Below, in pieces: positions 11,701-24,071 of a stretch of DNA of 64,000 nucleotides; the first letter of the stretch is position 1; each line of letters begins with the position of its first letter. The stretch is from contig NW_026250405.1 of NCBI RefSeq assembly GCF_024521635.1, positions 744,001 through 808,000 of the forward strand. The letters are read 5' to 3'. The notes under the pieces are model-generated. The model was not told the DNA's origin. It saw only the letters and a list, made by a program, of their open reading frames with translations, and did no database searches. The position numbers and the translations under genes were made by a program. Origin of the DNA: Tricharina praecox. Lineage: Eukaryota.

Positions 11701-13863
11701 ATGGTCCATATCTTCGTAGTCAAACTTCATGTCCGGAGCTACGGCAGCCACCGAACCGTCGCTGGAGCTGCTGCTCAAACTCAGGTTTCGTTCCGTCGGA
11801 TGGTCCGGCCTGCGAAGCGCCATCTCGACGTAATTTATGATTTCGACGGCGTCTTTTGCGCGATGGTCCCCGCACAGAAGCCCCACCAGGTGTTCGACCG
11901 CCTGGAAGAAACTGGGCTGTTTCTCAATGGCTCGCCGCCAATACCGTTCCGCCTCATCCTTCCGATAGAGGGAAAGTAAAGTAGCCGCGCAGTTCGACAA
12001 TGCCTCAACGTGTCTACTCGGATGGTCAGAACCCAAAAATTCGATACAGGATCGCACCAATAGAAAACCTACCCCTCGTCGACGTCCAACACACGGCGAT
12101 ACCACGCTAGCGCTCGATTCAAGTCGCCCAGACCCTAAACTCTAACGTTAGCAACAGCCGAGACCGGAAGGACGAGAAAGCCGCACATATGCTAAGCAGC
12201 CGGCCAGTAACATTCCATCAACCCAATTCCAGTCCGAATCGCCGCACATCTTCTCGATCGCCTCCGATGCTGCGACTGCTTGTGTTGAGGCACTTGAGAC
12301 ATTCACACCTCCGAGTGAAACCGGACTACTGCCAGAGCTATTCATCGCAAGTGGTGAGCTATTCGAAATCCCGTTAGACAATCTGCGTTCATGACCCGTG
12401 CGAGAGCAAGCGGCGGCATATTTTCTTGCCCCTGAAACATGGAACTGTTCGGCAGATCCCTTGATCTGGGCATTTCCGTGATGCGCTTGAAGAACATTAT
12501 GGTTCGAGAAAGGATATGCGCTGCCCATGGGGACGGAATGCGACGACGAAGTTCCAATGTTTGGATAACCGGCGTTGCCTCCGATGCTCGCCCGCAATCT
12601 CTTCCGTCGGTCGGTGCCATCGACATTGACTTGGTTAGTGTACCGCGGTGAGCTGACGCTTGACTGAATACGAGGCCTCGAAGAGCTTCTCAAGCCACTC
12701 AATCTCGGCGGCCGCGGATACATCCCGTTCTTTGCTACGGAGGCGGCCGGGTGTCCTTGATCGGCTTGGCGTTGTTGGGAATGGATGGAAGCTAACAGAT
12801 CCACATATGCCTTGTGCGCCCATGCCGCGACTTTCTCACGGCTCGGACCGGGTATGGTGTTACGTTGTGGCAGTCTTGTAGGAAAGTGATCCAGGGCAGC
12901 GGAGTGAAGGTGTGATTCGTGCGATAGTGGTGCAGGATAAAATCCCTGGGATGCCGAAACCGGGGCTGGCGAAAACTGATCCAACCAGGTGTTGGAGGAA
13001 GAATTCAAAATGCCAGCACTGCTGTCGTATTGCGCGTTGAGGTTCATGTTGTCCACCGCTTGCGGGAGTTGTGCCGTCGGGGTTGTCTGGCCATTTCCCC
13101 AGGCCGGCTGCTGCTGCTGACCATACCAAATCTGGTCGTGAGGAATATAGTTTCCCCCCATGATGAACGCATTCACCTCATCGCACGAGGCCGTAGGTGG
13201 TTGTATCGGGTTGTACATTGGCTGGAATCCTGAGAACTGACTGTTCATCCACAAAGAATCGGGAAAAGGCGGAACCGTCTGTTGCTGCTGCTGTTGCTGT
13301 AGGAGTAGCTGCCGCACATACGGATCCAGATTGTCGTCCAACGAAATCTGTCCATTGTGCTGTGACGGCCATTCGTTGGAGAACATACCCGCATTCCCGT
13401 TGCCCATATCCATCCCTGTTTGGTGTAGAGGATTCGAAGCCTGCCCCATCGTTTTGTCCGCCCAGTTCATCCCCTGACCCATCCCCTGGCGCATCCCCTG
13501 ACCTCCATGATTCCCAGGTTGAGACTCCTCCCCATGATATGGCACAAGAATCTGCTTGGTCGGGCGCGACACATAGTCCACCCCATCGTATGCTGCCGGT
13601 AACGTTCCGGAGGGCGTTTTCCGTCGGAGCATGTTTTCGTGTAACGAGTGCTGAGTCGGTACCAGTGATGAGGTGGAGTGATTTCGAAACAATGGTCGGT
13701 TCGAATGCGTAAGGCCCTGCCTATGTGGAATCTGTTGGTCAAGTGGATACGGCGAATTCCCGTATATTGGTGTATTGGGAAGGGAGTTGTAGATGAGCTG
13801 CGGTGCACCTGTCTGAACGGCCGGCAGCTCCTGCTGCTGCCTCAATGGATAAGGCATCATCAT
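8744..13863 (-). CDS. OGT: UDP-GlcNAc:protein O-GlcNAc transferase (GT41); exons 13863-12187, 12134-12073, 12013-9451, 9400-8744 (~1650 aa)
   Basis: TPR repeats (HAHLYTNLGSLLKD, FDIALANLANAVKD) and catalytic motifs [50 protein letters not shown]|VEP and DLFLDTPECNAHTTAADVLWSGTP. Three canonical introns restore one frame. Long Q/S-rich N-terminus; the start codon is less certain. Confidence 0.92.
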
Positions 13864-16798
13864 TTCGGGAATGACGATCACCAACTGCCCTTGAAAGCCA
13901 ACGCGCGGTGGTGTATGTGGGAAAAACGGCCGTGGACGACGATGTTCGTGAATGGATGGTAGAGAGAGAGGAAGAAATTGTAATAATAAAGGTGCGAATG
14001 GCAGATTTCAAGACATTCACATTCGGCGCTGTGGTGTCACATGCATCAGTCCAAGTTCTCAAGGTTCGGTTGGCAGCTTCAATTTCTGCATAGCTTCCAA
14101 CAAGATTAGGATTACCGTAGTCTGGCCCGTTTCCAACAGCAAAGGTTCCTGGTTGGGGCGTCGTTGAAACGTGTGCGTTCGGTGGCGAGGAATTAAGGGC
14201 CAGGGTTTCGCGGAATGACGATGCTCGAGGGCGCGTTAAGAGGTGCACGGGGGTGTTGGATCGAAAGCGAGAGCACGAGCGGTTCAGCGGGCCAGCCCAC
14301 CCTGAAGACGTCTTCTTGAATGAATCCAGATATGCTCGTTTCCCTTCTTTCCTTCCTTCCTTTCTTCAGTCTCCACCTCCCCTCTCCCTTGGCCTTTCCT
14401 GCTCCCGCGCTATTGCTGGCGGGCGTTGTCGCTGGTTGGGCCGAGGACACGGACAACTCAAGTACCGTACGCACCACCGCACCACTTCCCGCTGTGTCTA
14501 GCCGCGTTGCCGTCTGCTCGTGGCCGATTTCCAGAAAGCGGTAGATGACAGATCCCTTGCGTGTCTCTCTGTCTCTGTCTCTCTGTGTCTCTTCCTTAGA
14601 TCCTGCCTTTCGTTCCGTTCCGGTGCTTCCTTTCTCTCTTTCCTTACTCTTCTATTCCGTTTTTCCCACGTTATCTTTCTCTCTCTCTTTTTCCTGCTGA
14701 TTCGCACCGGATTCCTTCCCGTCGACGCTGTTGGAAGCCGCAACCGCTAGTAATTGGGATAATTCGTCGAGGAAGAGAGAGTGACCTCGATATGTGATCG
14801 AGAGCGAGCGAGCGAGCGAGGGCGTCGGGTCTGGGGGGGCAGGTATAGGTAGTTTTTCTTCCTTCTGAGTGTGGAGGAGGGGGAGAAGGTAGTTGAGGAT
14901 CGGAAGCTTTCTTCTTTTTGGTCTTCCAGTTTGACGTACCTACTCTATGTCTGCGGCGCGCGAGCTAGAGTAAAAAGCAGGGAAGCTGATCTGGGAGCGA
15001 GGGGCGCGGCGCTGTTAGAAAAGTTCTGGTGTCCCGCCTGACACGGCAGGGATCAATACATAGGCAGGCCAGGAGTGCTGCTAGGTTGACTGCCGATCTC
15101 GGTCGCGTTTACGGGGCAGAGGGGGTGGAGGTGGGTGGGTGGATGGATTTCAGCCCAGGCTCGCTTTGAAAAACGGACGATGCTGGCTGCCAACCCTCAC
15201 GAATCCGAGTCCAGGCTAGCTAGGACGCAACCGCGAACGATACGATGTTGTACGGCTGCACTGCTGCACTGCTGCTGCGCTGCGCTGCCTGCGAATCAAG
15301 TGAGAAGCGAGCGGGGGGCGGAGTCTCGGGATAAGGACAATAAGGATGACGGTGATGATGGCGGGGACGAGGATGAGGACAGGGACGGGGGCGGGGATGG
15401 AGACGCGGGCCAAGAAGACGAAGCAGAAGCAGACGCAGAAGCAGAAGCAGACGCGAAGAGAAGAAGAAGAAGAGCAGCAGCAGCAGCAGCATCCATAGGT
15501 GCCCATCAGTCATCGGCACCGCATCAATACCGATATCGTCAGAGCATCAACGAGCACAACAAGCACAAAACACACAACAAGCACAAAAGCACACTCACAG
15601 ACAAACAACGTGCCCGCAGCCGATGGCAGTGGCCGTATGTGCCGTACTGGGAGATGGAGGAAAAGGAAAAGAAATTTCAGTACGCAGACGATCGCTCAGT
15701 TGCATCCTCTTGTATGTATGGCCGCAGCGTGTGGATGTGGGGGGGAGGGGGCCAAGTCCGTATGAGGGCCAAGTGAGGGCCAAGTGAGGGCCAAGTCCGG
15801 GTCAGGGCCAAGTCCGCCTGAGGGCTGAAAGCAGAAAGGAGTGTCTAGCGCTTGCGTGTGTGAGCGTCGAGCTACCAATAATGCAAGTCCCGCCGGGAGG
15901 TGCAAGGAAGGAAAGGCTTTCGCCCCATGCAGGCCTGCTGGAAGACGTTCCGTTTGTGTTGTGCGCTATGGATGGATGACAAGAGAGTGACTCGAAGCCA
16001 GCAACGCCGCAGCGGGGAGAGCACTCAAACACAGTCGATGATGGGGCATCGTCGCATGGAGATATAGAAGCAGATGGTCTGGTTGTTTGTGAGTGGATGA
16101 TGTCGTCTTCTTCTTCACGCTCCATTGCCCAAAGATTTCAACGTATGTACTCTACACGCGGACTAGTACTGTCGGCGGAGAAGTCAGACAAGCATTGACG
16201 GTCCATAGTCCGACAGGAGGGGAGGGGTGAAGGGCCGGACCAGCGTTGATGTTCGCGGAGTGCAGTGGTCACTGATCAGCGGCGGTGGAGTGAGATCTCT
16301 CCGTTGGCGCTTCGGGCATCACAGCCAAGTACTCTGCATACCGACTTACTTACCTAAGGCATCTACCGCACTCCACAGTGCGAAGTTCAAGCTCAACCCT
16401 GGGCTGCCGAAGCCGGCGATTGCGGTTGTCTCCGCCCTTCTTCTTCCACAGCCCTGGCATGTTCGCTGTTGCACTGCTCTCAATGCAGCCTGCCGTCCGG
16501 AGAGGCAAGTCCCCGCCCAACGGGCTGTACTAGCAACAGGCAAGTATGTACTCTACATACTCTACTCTTATATGTGCCTCTGTTGCACTTTCCTCCTCCC
16601 TTCCATTTCGAGTCTTGGCTGCTGCCGGCCTGCTGCGGCCAGTGGTGATACCTACTCGAACCCCCCGTAGGCAGGCGGCTGCAACAAACAACGGGCCCGA
16701 TGCATTCGTGTCTTTCCGCGACAATCTTCATATACTCTAGATACTATGCCGGCCGGCCCGGAAAGCTTCGTGTACATACGGCACTAGTTATACTGTAC

Positions 16799-16827
16799 TC
16801 ATCATCATCATCATCATCATCATCATC
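16799..16827. repeat. (TCA)n microsatellite
   Basis: Directly visible. Confidence 0.85.
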
Positions 16828-17112
16828 GTGATCATCATCATTCATGTACAAGTGCCGATCTCTCCAGTTCCACGCCGTACTCCGACGAATACGTTTAGAG
16901 TACGTATCATGTGTATCTACTCTAGAGTACCGTACATACATACATCACAATACCTGGCGCACTCGGCAGCTCTTTCAGATGCCTACTTCCTCTACCGTAC
17001 TATGCCCTCTTCTGCCTACCCCAGCCCGGATACAGCAGCTCACCATGCCGAAGGCTGAAGCTGTTGCACTGTTGCACTGAACGTTGCAGCACCTCCGTGA
17101 CTCCGTCCATAG

Positions 17113-17177
17113 AGAGCCCGCCAGAGCCCGCCAGAGCCCGCCAGAGCCCGCCAGAGCCCGCCAGAGCCCGCCAGAGC
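17113..17177. repeat. 10-bp minisatellite (CCAGAGCCCG)x5 plus partial copies
   Basis: Five perfect copies at 17121-17170 with partial flanking copies. Confidence 0.95.
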
Positions 17178-19876
17178 AAGCGGAGTCAGATGGGATATGC
17201 ATGGTATGCGGGCGTTGTGGCGCAACCCCAAGCACTGGACTGGGATGAGCGGACGAGGATGGTCGGAGGCGGTTGACACTGGTGATTGGCGGTGCGGGGT
17301 GTCTATCTACAGGATTCGGTTGGTCCCCCCACTGAGGGCCAACACCCAACACAAGACTTTGAACGTGCACGGAAGGCGATCATCAACTTCGTTCATCATT
17401 TGATGACAGTCGGTCGGCCATATCATATCATATACGGTACGTTTATGGCCTCAAACGCTGCGCTGTTCTCCCTCCCTCAGCCTAGGAATCGGCGGATGTG
17501 GCGCGTTCGATAAGCACTAAACCCCGACAAGATCGGCGCTGAAGAATAGAATACGGCCCTTCAAACAAACAGCTCCGAGTCGGCGGCTTCACCGAACCTA
17601 TGATACCAAGATACCAACCATGATAACTTGTATCCATCGCCACTCTTCACTACTATCTAGTACATACCCGTCTTGCGTGTGATCTTAGCCGCTATGCATG
17701 CATATCTGTATATCTGCATATCTAGGCTGTGATTACACCAGCTCGCTCCCAAGTCCCGATTGCAACGGTCTTTGTACTCTATGTATGCAACTGCCGTCAA
17801 CGGCCACGGAGGAAGGCCGCAGGTACAATATACCCAGTACAAAGCGAACGGCGTGGGCATCGGCGTGGGCGGGTCTTGGCTCAATCACTCTATCTGCTGG
17901 CACTGGGCAGATGCGCCTGCCCATACATCTCTCGGACGCAACTTGAGTCACCTTCCGAGTTGTATCTGTACCGAGATTCTCCTCTAGAGCGCCGATATTG
18001 TGCTACTATATAGCAGTTAATAGTTGTGGTCGTTGCGCCCCCCCACACGAAGAGGCTAACTGCTATGTGTACGCCGTTGGGCGGCCCTATGCGTTGAGAG
18101 ATACGGTATGTACAGATTTCTCGAGCCTCCCGCCACTCAGGTCTACCAATGTAGAGTACTCTACATGGTACACGATGGATGGGATGAAGGGATACCTACG
18201 GTATTAGCCGGATGCAAAGATGACTTACCTACTGTCCAGTGCGCGCGCCGTCCACCATATGTAGGTAACTCTTGTCGGAGGAGAGTTCGAGCCGGTCGTA
18301 TGTAATGTTTCCCTTCACCTCAAAGTTCAAACCGTGGTTCAAGGCATGCGGAAGGCATAAGGTGGGTGGGCACTGGGAACTTGACACTGGGCACTGGAAG
18401 CAGTGGGAGGAGCAGGGTCTTCCCCGGCTCAATCGATGCCCCACTGCCAGGTCCCCATCCCCAGCAGCCCAGCTCCCGTAATTATTTTTGGACCACTAGC
18501 GGCACCATGACTCCATGGAAGCATTTCATACGAATCCTCGAACGAAAGAGAAAGAAAAAGTAAGAACAGTCAGTTTCGTTGTGTAGGCGTCTCCGGAGTC
18601 CAGACGCCAGAACTTCACAGAAGTTCTGTTCGAATGCATCGGGGGCCGGGGCAGGAGTTTTCCGGAGTTTGGAAGCCTAACTCGGGATCTACATATCTAG
18701 CCTCCGGGTGTTTATTAGTTAGGTGCTGATCCTACCTACCCACCTCTCCAGATCGAACGATCACAATTGCTAAGTGGGTAGCTTTAAGGCTCGGACTCTC
18801 TGCCGGCAATTATCCATGGTCCATGGATTCGTTGCTGGATCCTTGCTGACTCACCCGCCGGCGCTCACTCGGTGGTGTCGACGAAGTACCTAGCAATTTC
18901 TACATACCTCAACTACCCATCCGCTCCCTCCAACTACAGGAAGGAATAATCTCTACTACGCAACTACAAGTTCCCTGATCTAGCAGGGCCCCAACGTCAC
19001 GTCTGTGACCATGGAAAGTCACTCGCCCTATGCCGGCCGGCCGCCAAGGTTATATATAATACGTTAATATAGCTATATTACAGTGGCTAGTAGCGACCGC
19101 CGACCAGGCCGTCTTGAGAACTGATCTCCGCTCTTGGCCGGCCAGTGACGGCGCCGAAAGTTGAAACCACTCTACAGGCACGGAAGCCGGATCGGATACT
19201 GTTCTGCCGATGGAACTTTTGTATTATTGCTGCTGGATGCGCTAGAGTTTAACGGTGCCCGTGTCTTCAAATGTAAGCCACACTTAAGGTAGGGAAGCAA
19301 TGCGAGTGACGGTCCGTGAGCAGGCAGACATCGTCTTACACCCAACATCCCTGGATCCAGGGCGAGCAGCAGCACCCCACGCTCCGGGGTGGTGGCAGCA
19401 ACGCCACACCAGGGCGGCCTGATACCGCACCGCACATACATATAGTAGATTGTTCCTTCGATCCGAGTCATCAGCAAGGACCCAGAGGAGGCAAGACGGT
19501 TATGCCGGGTAGTAGAGTTGACGGTATGATAGCCAACCCCCATTAGCAGGAAGAGTTTAATTCCGGGAGGTTTTTTTTGGCCGCGCGGCCTGTTTGATTG
19601 CGGTGTGGCTCGAACTATCTAGGTGGGTATGCGCAAGGAGACGAGTGATTATGTATCATGTACATAGCACGGTTGGCTCGGCTAGCATATGTGCGGGTAG
19701 GTAGGAAGAATCTCTCTCTGGATCTTGACGTTCGATATATAGCGTAATAGCGGGAGTGGAATGTGTGCTGCCGAGTGCTGGAACATGACACCGTACTACT
19801 ATGCGCGGGTAGATTGCCTTATTCTCATTCAAAATTAAGCTCAACAAGCATTACCTGTGATGAAATACATATAACT

Positions 19877-19948
19877 GGCCGCGTGGCCCAATGGCAAGGC
19901 GCTTGACTACGAATCAAGAGATTGCAGGTTCGATCCCTGCCGTGGTCA
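19877..19948 (+). tRNA. tRNA-Arg(ACG): tRNA-Arg(ACG), copy 2
   Basis: Identical 72-nt sequence to copy 1, followed by a T-rich Pol III terminator. Confidence 0.96.
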
Positions 19949-20784
19949 CTTCATTCTTTTTTTCCTCTTTTATCCTTCTTTTTGCGCGGCTGTAGGGAGG
20001 CGCTGGCGCCTGAGGTTACCAGTTAGTGCTGGTGTTGGTGATGGTTATGCGTTGTGCATAAATATGGTGTCCGGTTTGCTGTTATGCTTCAGGATGACGG
20101 AAATCGTCAACCGCCAACAGCACCAGTATCTATCGCTGAGACGAAGGTCTGATGAGGGTGGGATGAGACGAGCGAGGTGAACTGCCATCGAAAAGACTAC
20201 CATAAGATGCCGTCAACAAACTATGTGGGTCTAGATACATGTGCGTAGGACCAACAGAACTCAATTTACGAGAGTTGACAGTGCTTGACATACTGTTCAT
20301 ACTGTATCATACTTCCACTTCCCTCGAGCCTTTCGCTTGCGTCTTTGACGACTCCATCCCCTCCTCTCGCCGACAACAATCACAGCTCCGCCACTACTCC
20401 TTCGGGTTGTACCCGACGCATGTGGTACATCTCCACCGTTGACACTATGACAGGAACTTGGAAAGGACTATGGACATCGACAGCATCCCGCGACAGATAC
20501 CGGTATACAGTGCGTTTGCTCATCTGTTAGCGGCCGTCTCCATGGAGAGAAAGGTCGAAAGCCGGTGAGTTTCAACTTTCAAGCACCCAGACCGAGTCCT
20601 TATGGCTGGCTGGCTGGCGGTCCGACTTTCTGGATCACACGGAGCGTGCCGAGACTGATCCGTTTCATCTATGCCGAACCTACCCTTCCGCCGACCTGGT
20701 GACGGAGGCTGCCCGAGTAAATTGCGAGTTGAGTTGAGTCAGACTGTGCCACAGCTGTCACCGAGTGACAGGACACATATAACT

Positions 20785-20856
20785 GGCCGCGTGGCCCAAT
20801 GGCAAGGCGCTTGACTACGAATCAAGAGATTGCAGGTTCGATCCCTGCCGTGGTCA
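20785..20856 (+). tRNA. tRNA-Arg(ACG): tRNA-Arg(ACG), copy 3
   Basis: Identical 72-nt sequence. Shares the ACATATAACT leader and CTTCA trailer with copy 2, with T-runs downstream. Confidence 0.96.
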
Positions 20857-21056
20857 CTTCAATCTATTCTTTTGTTTTTCTTTTGTATCCCCGGGAAGGG
20901 CGGGTTTGAGTCTCGCAGTCTGCTGGCGGATCGGAAGATTCGTTTTGTTTGGTGGGACTGGTTCTTCTGTACCCATCGAGTGACAAGAACTACATATACG
21001 CATACATAGGGGTTCGTTCCTCAGGCGTGGGTTGCTCAAGGAAAGACATCTCTTTT

Positions 21057-22240
21057 TGATCATATGATGCATGCCGATACAATAAATACTCGTGTACCGG
21101 TGCTTGAAGAGGAAGTGGGTGAAGTAGACTCATTATATAGGCGCGAGATTGGAACCCTCGAATAGAATGGTGTTCGATGGGAAAAAGTACTCATGCCACC
21201 GACATTTGTATGTAAATTTTCTATCTATTTAATCATTCTTTTGGGCCGCAACAAAATACCAAATAGATATTGGAGGAAGAATTAGAAACGCCAACAATGG
21301 AAGTCATGTAGGTAAGATACTAACGAGCACAGTAGCCCAAGGAATCAGCAGATGAAATATGAACCAATAAAGTCAATGAAAAGGAAAATAACAAAATGAT
21401 ATATAGACGAACTATGGAACTGAAAGAGAAAAAAAAAGGTGAGGTGGTTTCCCTCGATCACCACCCATTTACCCATGTAGCCACAAAATCAGTATAACGC
21501 ACACCGGGGGTTTTCGTTTCAGCTCACTCGGCATCTAAGTCATCTTCACGAAGCATTTTCGCCTACCACAACAGAAGAGTGTGCGCCAACTCCCCAAACC
21601 TCTTGACGGTGCATTTCAACAATGCAGCCATGTTCATGGCGCAGTTCACCGTGAAAATGTCCCGGAGACTGGCCTTGCGGCTTGGCCACGCTTCTCCATC
21701 GGCGTACTCGTCTTCGGTCATCCCGTAGACCCAGGCCAACAGCGAAACAATCTCGTCCTCCCAATCAGCTCCCCAGGCATGGCGGCGAAGCGCTGAAGGT
21801 AGGTTCCTCGTTGCAGCGTCCTTGAGCTCGGCCACGCGCATCTTGTCCGCAAACATGGCTAGCTCCGCGTGCAACAGGAGCTGATTGGCGGCGTCTTGAG
21901 GAAACGTCTAGGTTCCGGTATATAGGAACCCCGCGAATGCCTCGAAGACTTCGCACGAGACGGGATCGCGACAGAATTCGCGGAGGCTTCCTCGCCATCC
22001 GAAAGTTTGGCTGCGTGAGGCATCGTGACGGTTTGTCGGTCGGATGTAAGGTTTGTGGAGAAGAGATAGTGTTTGTAGGCTTGCGGAGGGAGAGAGAGAT
22101 TGTGTGTGTGTGTTGGTTGGTGGAGAGAAAGAGAGAGAGAGAGGAAGAGAAAGAGAGAAGATAACGTGGTCCAGTAAAGGATCGGCGAAAAAGAAGATGA
22201 ATGAGAATTTGGGGTTCTATCCAACTTCAAAGAGCCATCT
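21057..22240 (-). mobile_element. Dispersed repeat family copy B, carrying the C-terminal part of the BTB/POZ gene
   Basis: 21073-21470 aligns with 718-1060, and 22020-22240 aligns with 1349-1483 and with copy C. The internal cargo differs. Confidence 0.7.
21524..22023 (-). pseudogene. BTB/POZ-domain pseudogene fragment (C-terminal part) in repeat copy B
   Basis: ATG 22023 is in the same leader context as copy A, then the frame shifts into DPVSCEVFEAFAGFLYTGT*(TAG 21908-21910)TFPQDAANQLLLHAELAMFADKMRVAELKDAA...EIVSLLAWVYGMT. This matches the fungal BTB 'F..FLYTG.Y...HA.l..fAdKy.i..Lk..A' pattern. Confidence 0.75.
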
Positions 22241-22487
22241 GGCAAGTTCTCCCCGACTTCTTTGAACCATACATCTTTGAGGCATGTACAAGGGCGAGTG
22301 ATAGATGAGCATCTGGAGTACTGACCGCAGCGATGGGAAAATTATACATCCTGTATATTGTGCGAGCGGGAGGTTTCCCATATGATTTTTCTGTATTCAT
22401 TCGGCACTACATAGCCCTCTTCTAACCCTTTGTATGTAGATATGATGCAGGTTCTATCTATTCTAGGTATATGTGCAAACCTCTCCA

Positions 22488-23839
22488 CTACTGGAAATCA
22501 GTGAGATCTCTCTTCATCCACCCGGACACACCCAAAACACCGCCCTTCTGCTCGGGACCCCTTTCGCCCGGATCTTCACACTCAACAGAATTATCCAGAC
22601 TCCACCTCCGAATCGGCAACACCCCCAAATCAGTGTGCCACCCAGCCTTCCACAACTCCAATCCCGCCCACGCAATCATGGCCGCATTGTCAGTGCAATA
22701 CTTCACTGGCGGACACACCAGCTGCACATGCTCGAATCCAGCCTGATCCAGATACCTCCTGATTAAGTATCTCAAGAAGCGGTTGCTCGCAACCCCACCA
22801 CTTATGACCAAACTCTTTATTCCCTCGGCCTGCGGTGACTTGAGCGTTGCCACGGCCCTATCAGCAACATGTTCGAACGCCATCATCATTGCCTCTCTCC
22901 CCAACTCCTTCGTCTCCTCCACTTCAATCGCTGGGTTTGCATCTATATACCTCTCGAGTGCGCTTCCTAATCCCGAAAACGAGAACGCATCCGGCCGTGG
23001 GTGCAACTGTAGTGGTGGAACCATCTTCCAACCCCCCCATCTTTCGTGCTTCGTTCTATTCTCCGCCTTTCTCTCCGTAGTCCCCGGCGGGGAGTAACGC
23101 CAATCCTCCTCTCCTCGTGGAAAACAAAACTCCTCTAGCACCTTGCCATAAGCCACGGCCTCACCCTGCATCTCCAGCACATCAGGCGGCAGTATGCGCC
23201 TGGCAACTTTATCCACCATATCCCCGACGGCGATATCTATACTCCCCGCGATGACGGTATGTTCCGTCAACGCGTGCGAGTGCAACAGCATCGTATGTCC
23301 GCCGCTCACCAGCAGCGTCAAGAACGGAAACTCCGCACCGCTTCCCTCTCCCAGCCGCTCGATCAACCGTGGCGTAAGCGCGTGCGCTAGCATGTGGTTA
23401 ACGCCGATCAGCGGCCGGCCCCAGGCCACGGCGAGTCCCTTCGCCATGTCCAAACCTACCGCCAGCGAGGAAACCATTCCGGGGCCGCGCGTGACGGCGA
23501 TCAGGTCCGGTTTGTCGACGCCGGCCGGGAGCGCGGATACGGCGCGTTGGACGAGCGCGGCGAGGTGCCGCCGGTGCGAGGTCAGAGAGAGAATCGGATG
23601 GATTCCGCCGGTGGCCCGGTTGGCTGACGTGATCGTCTCATGGAAGCAGAGACTGGCCTGTGTCGACGAATGGTGGGGTGTGTGTAGGATTGCCACGGAG
23701 GTGTCATCGCTTTGGGGAGGGTTAGCCGGTCAATCGTCGGTAAGAGAAGGGAGACCAACCAGGAGGATTCGATCGCAAGTGTCGTGAAACGCCGCCGGGA
23801 AAGGCATTGTGTCCCGCGGAGGGGAAGTCGGAGAAGCAT
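22488..23839 (-). CDS. QRI7: tRNA N6-adenosine threonylcarbamoyltransferase, mitochondrial type (Kae1/TsaD family); exons 23839-23760, 23709-22488
   Basis: Spliced LAIESSC|DDTSVA; IAVTRGPGM, GVNHMLAHAL, LLVSGGHT, DIAVGDMVDK, FSFSGL, SGGVASN and YCTDNAAMIAWAG. Arg-rich presequence-like N-terminus. Confidence 0.92.
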
Positions 23840-24071
23840 TGGGAGGGGCGCGTTAAACTAGGAATTCGACCTGCAGAAAATGTTTGCATCGGAGCCGCTG
23901 ACGTAGTTAGTACGGTCATGTATGGTCACTCGCGTAACACGACAGCAGAGCAGTTCTACAGGAACAAAGCCATCGTTTTGGTTCTGTTTTTGATCACCAC
24001 GCATGCGGCCGTTTGTAGAAAATGGTACTCACAGCTCAAGATCTATTGCCCCCTATTTCCAACGACTACCA

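Noticed and set aside
15135..15776. 213-aa acidic/Ala-rich ORF
   Set aside because: GTG start, built from short tandem repeats, no domain evidence.
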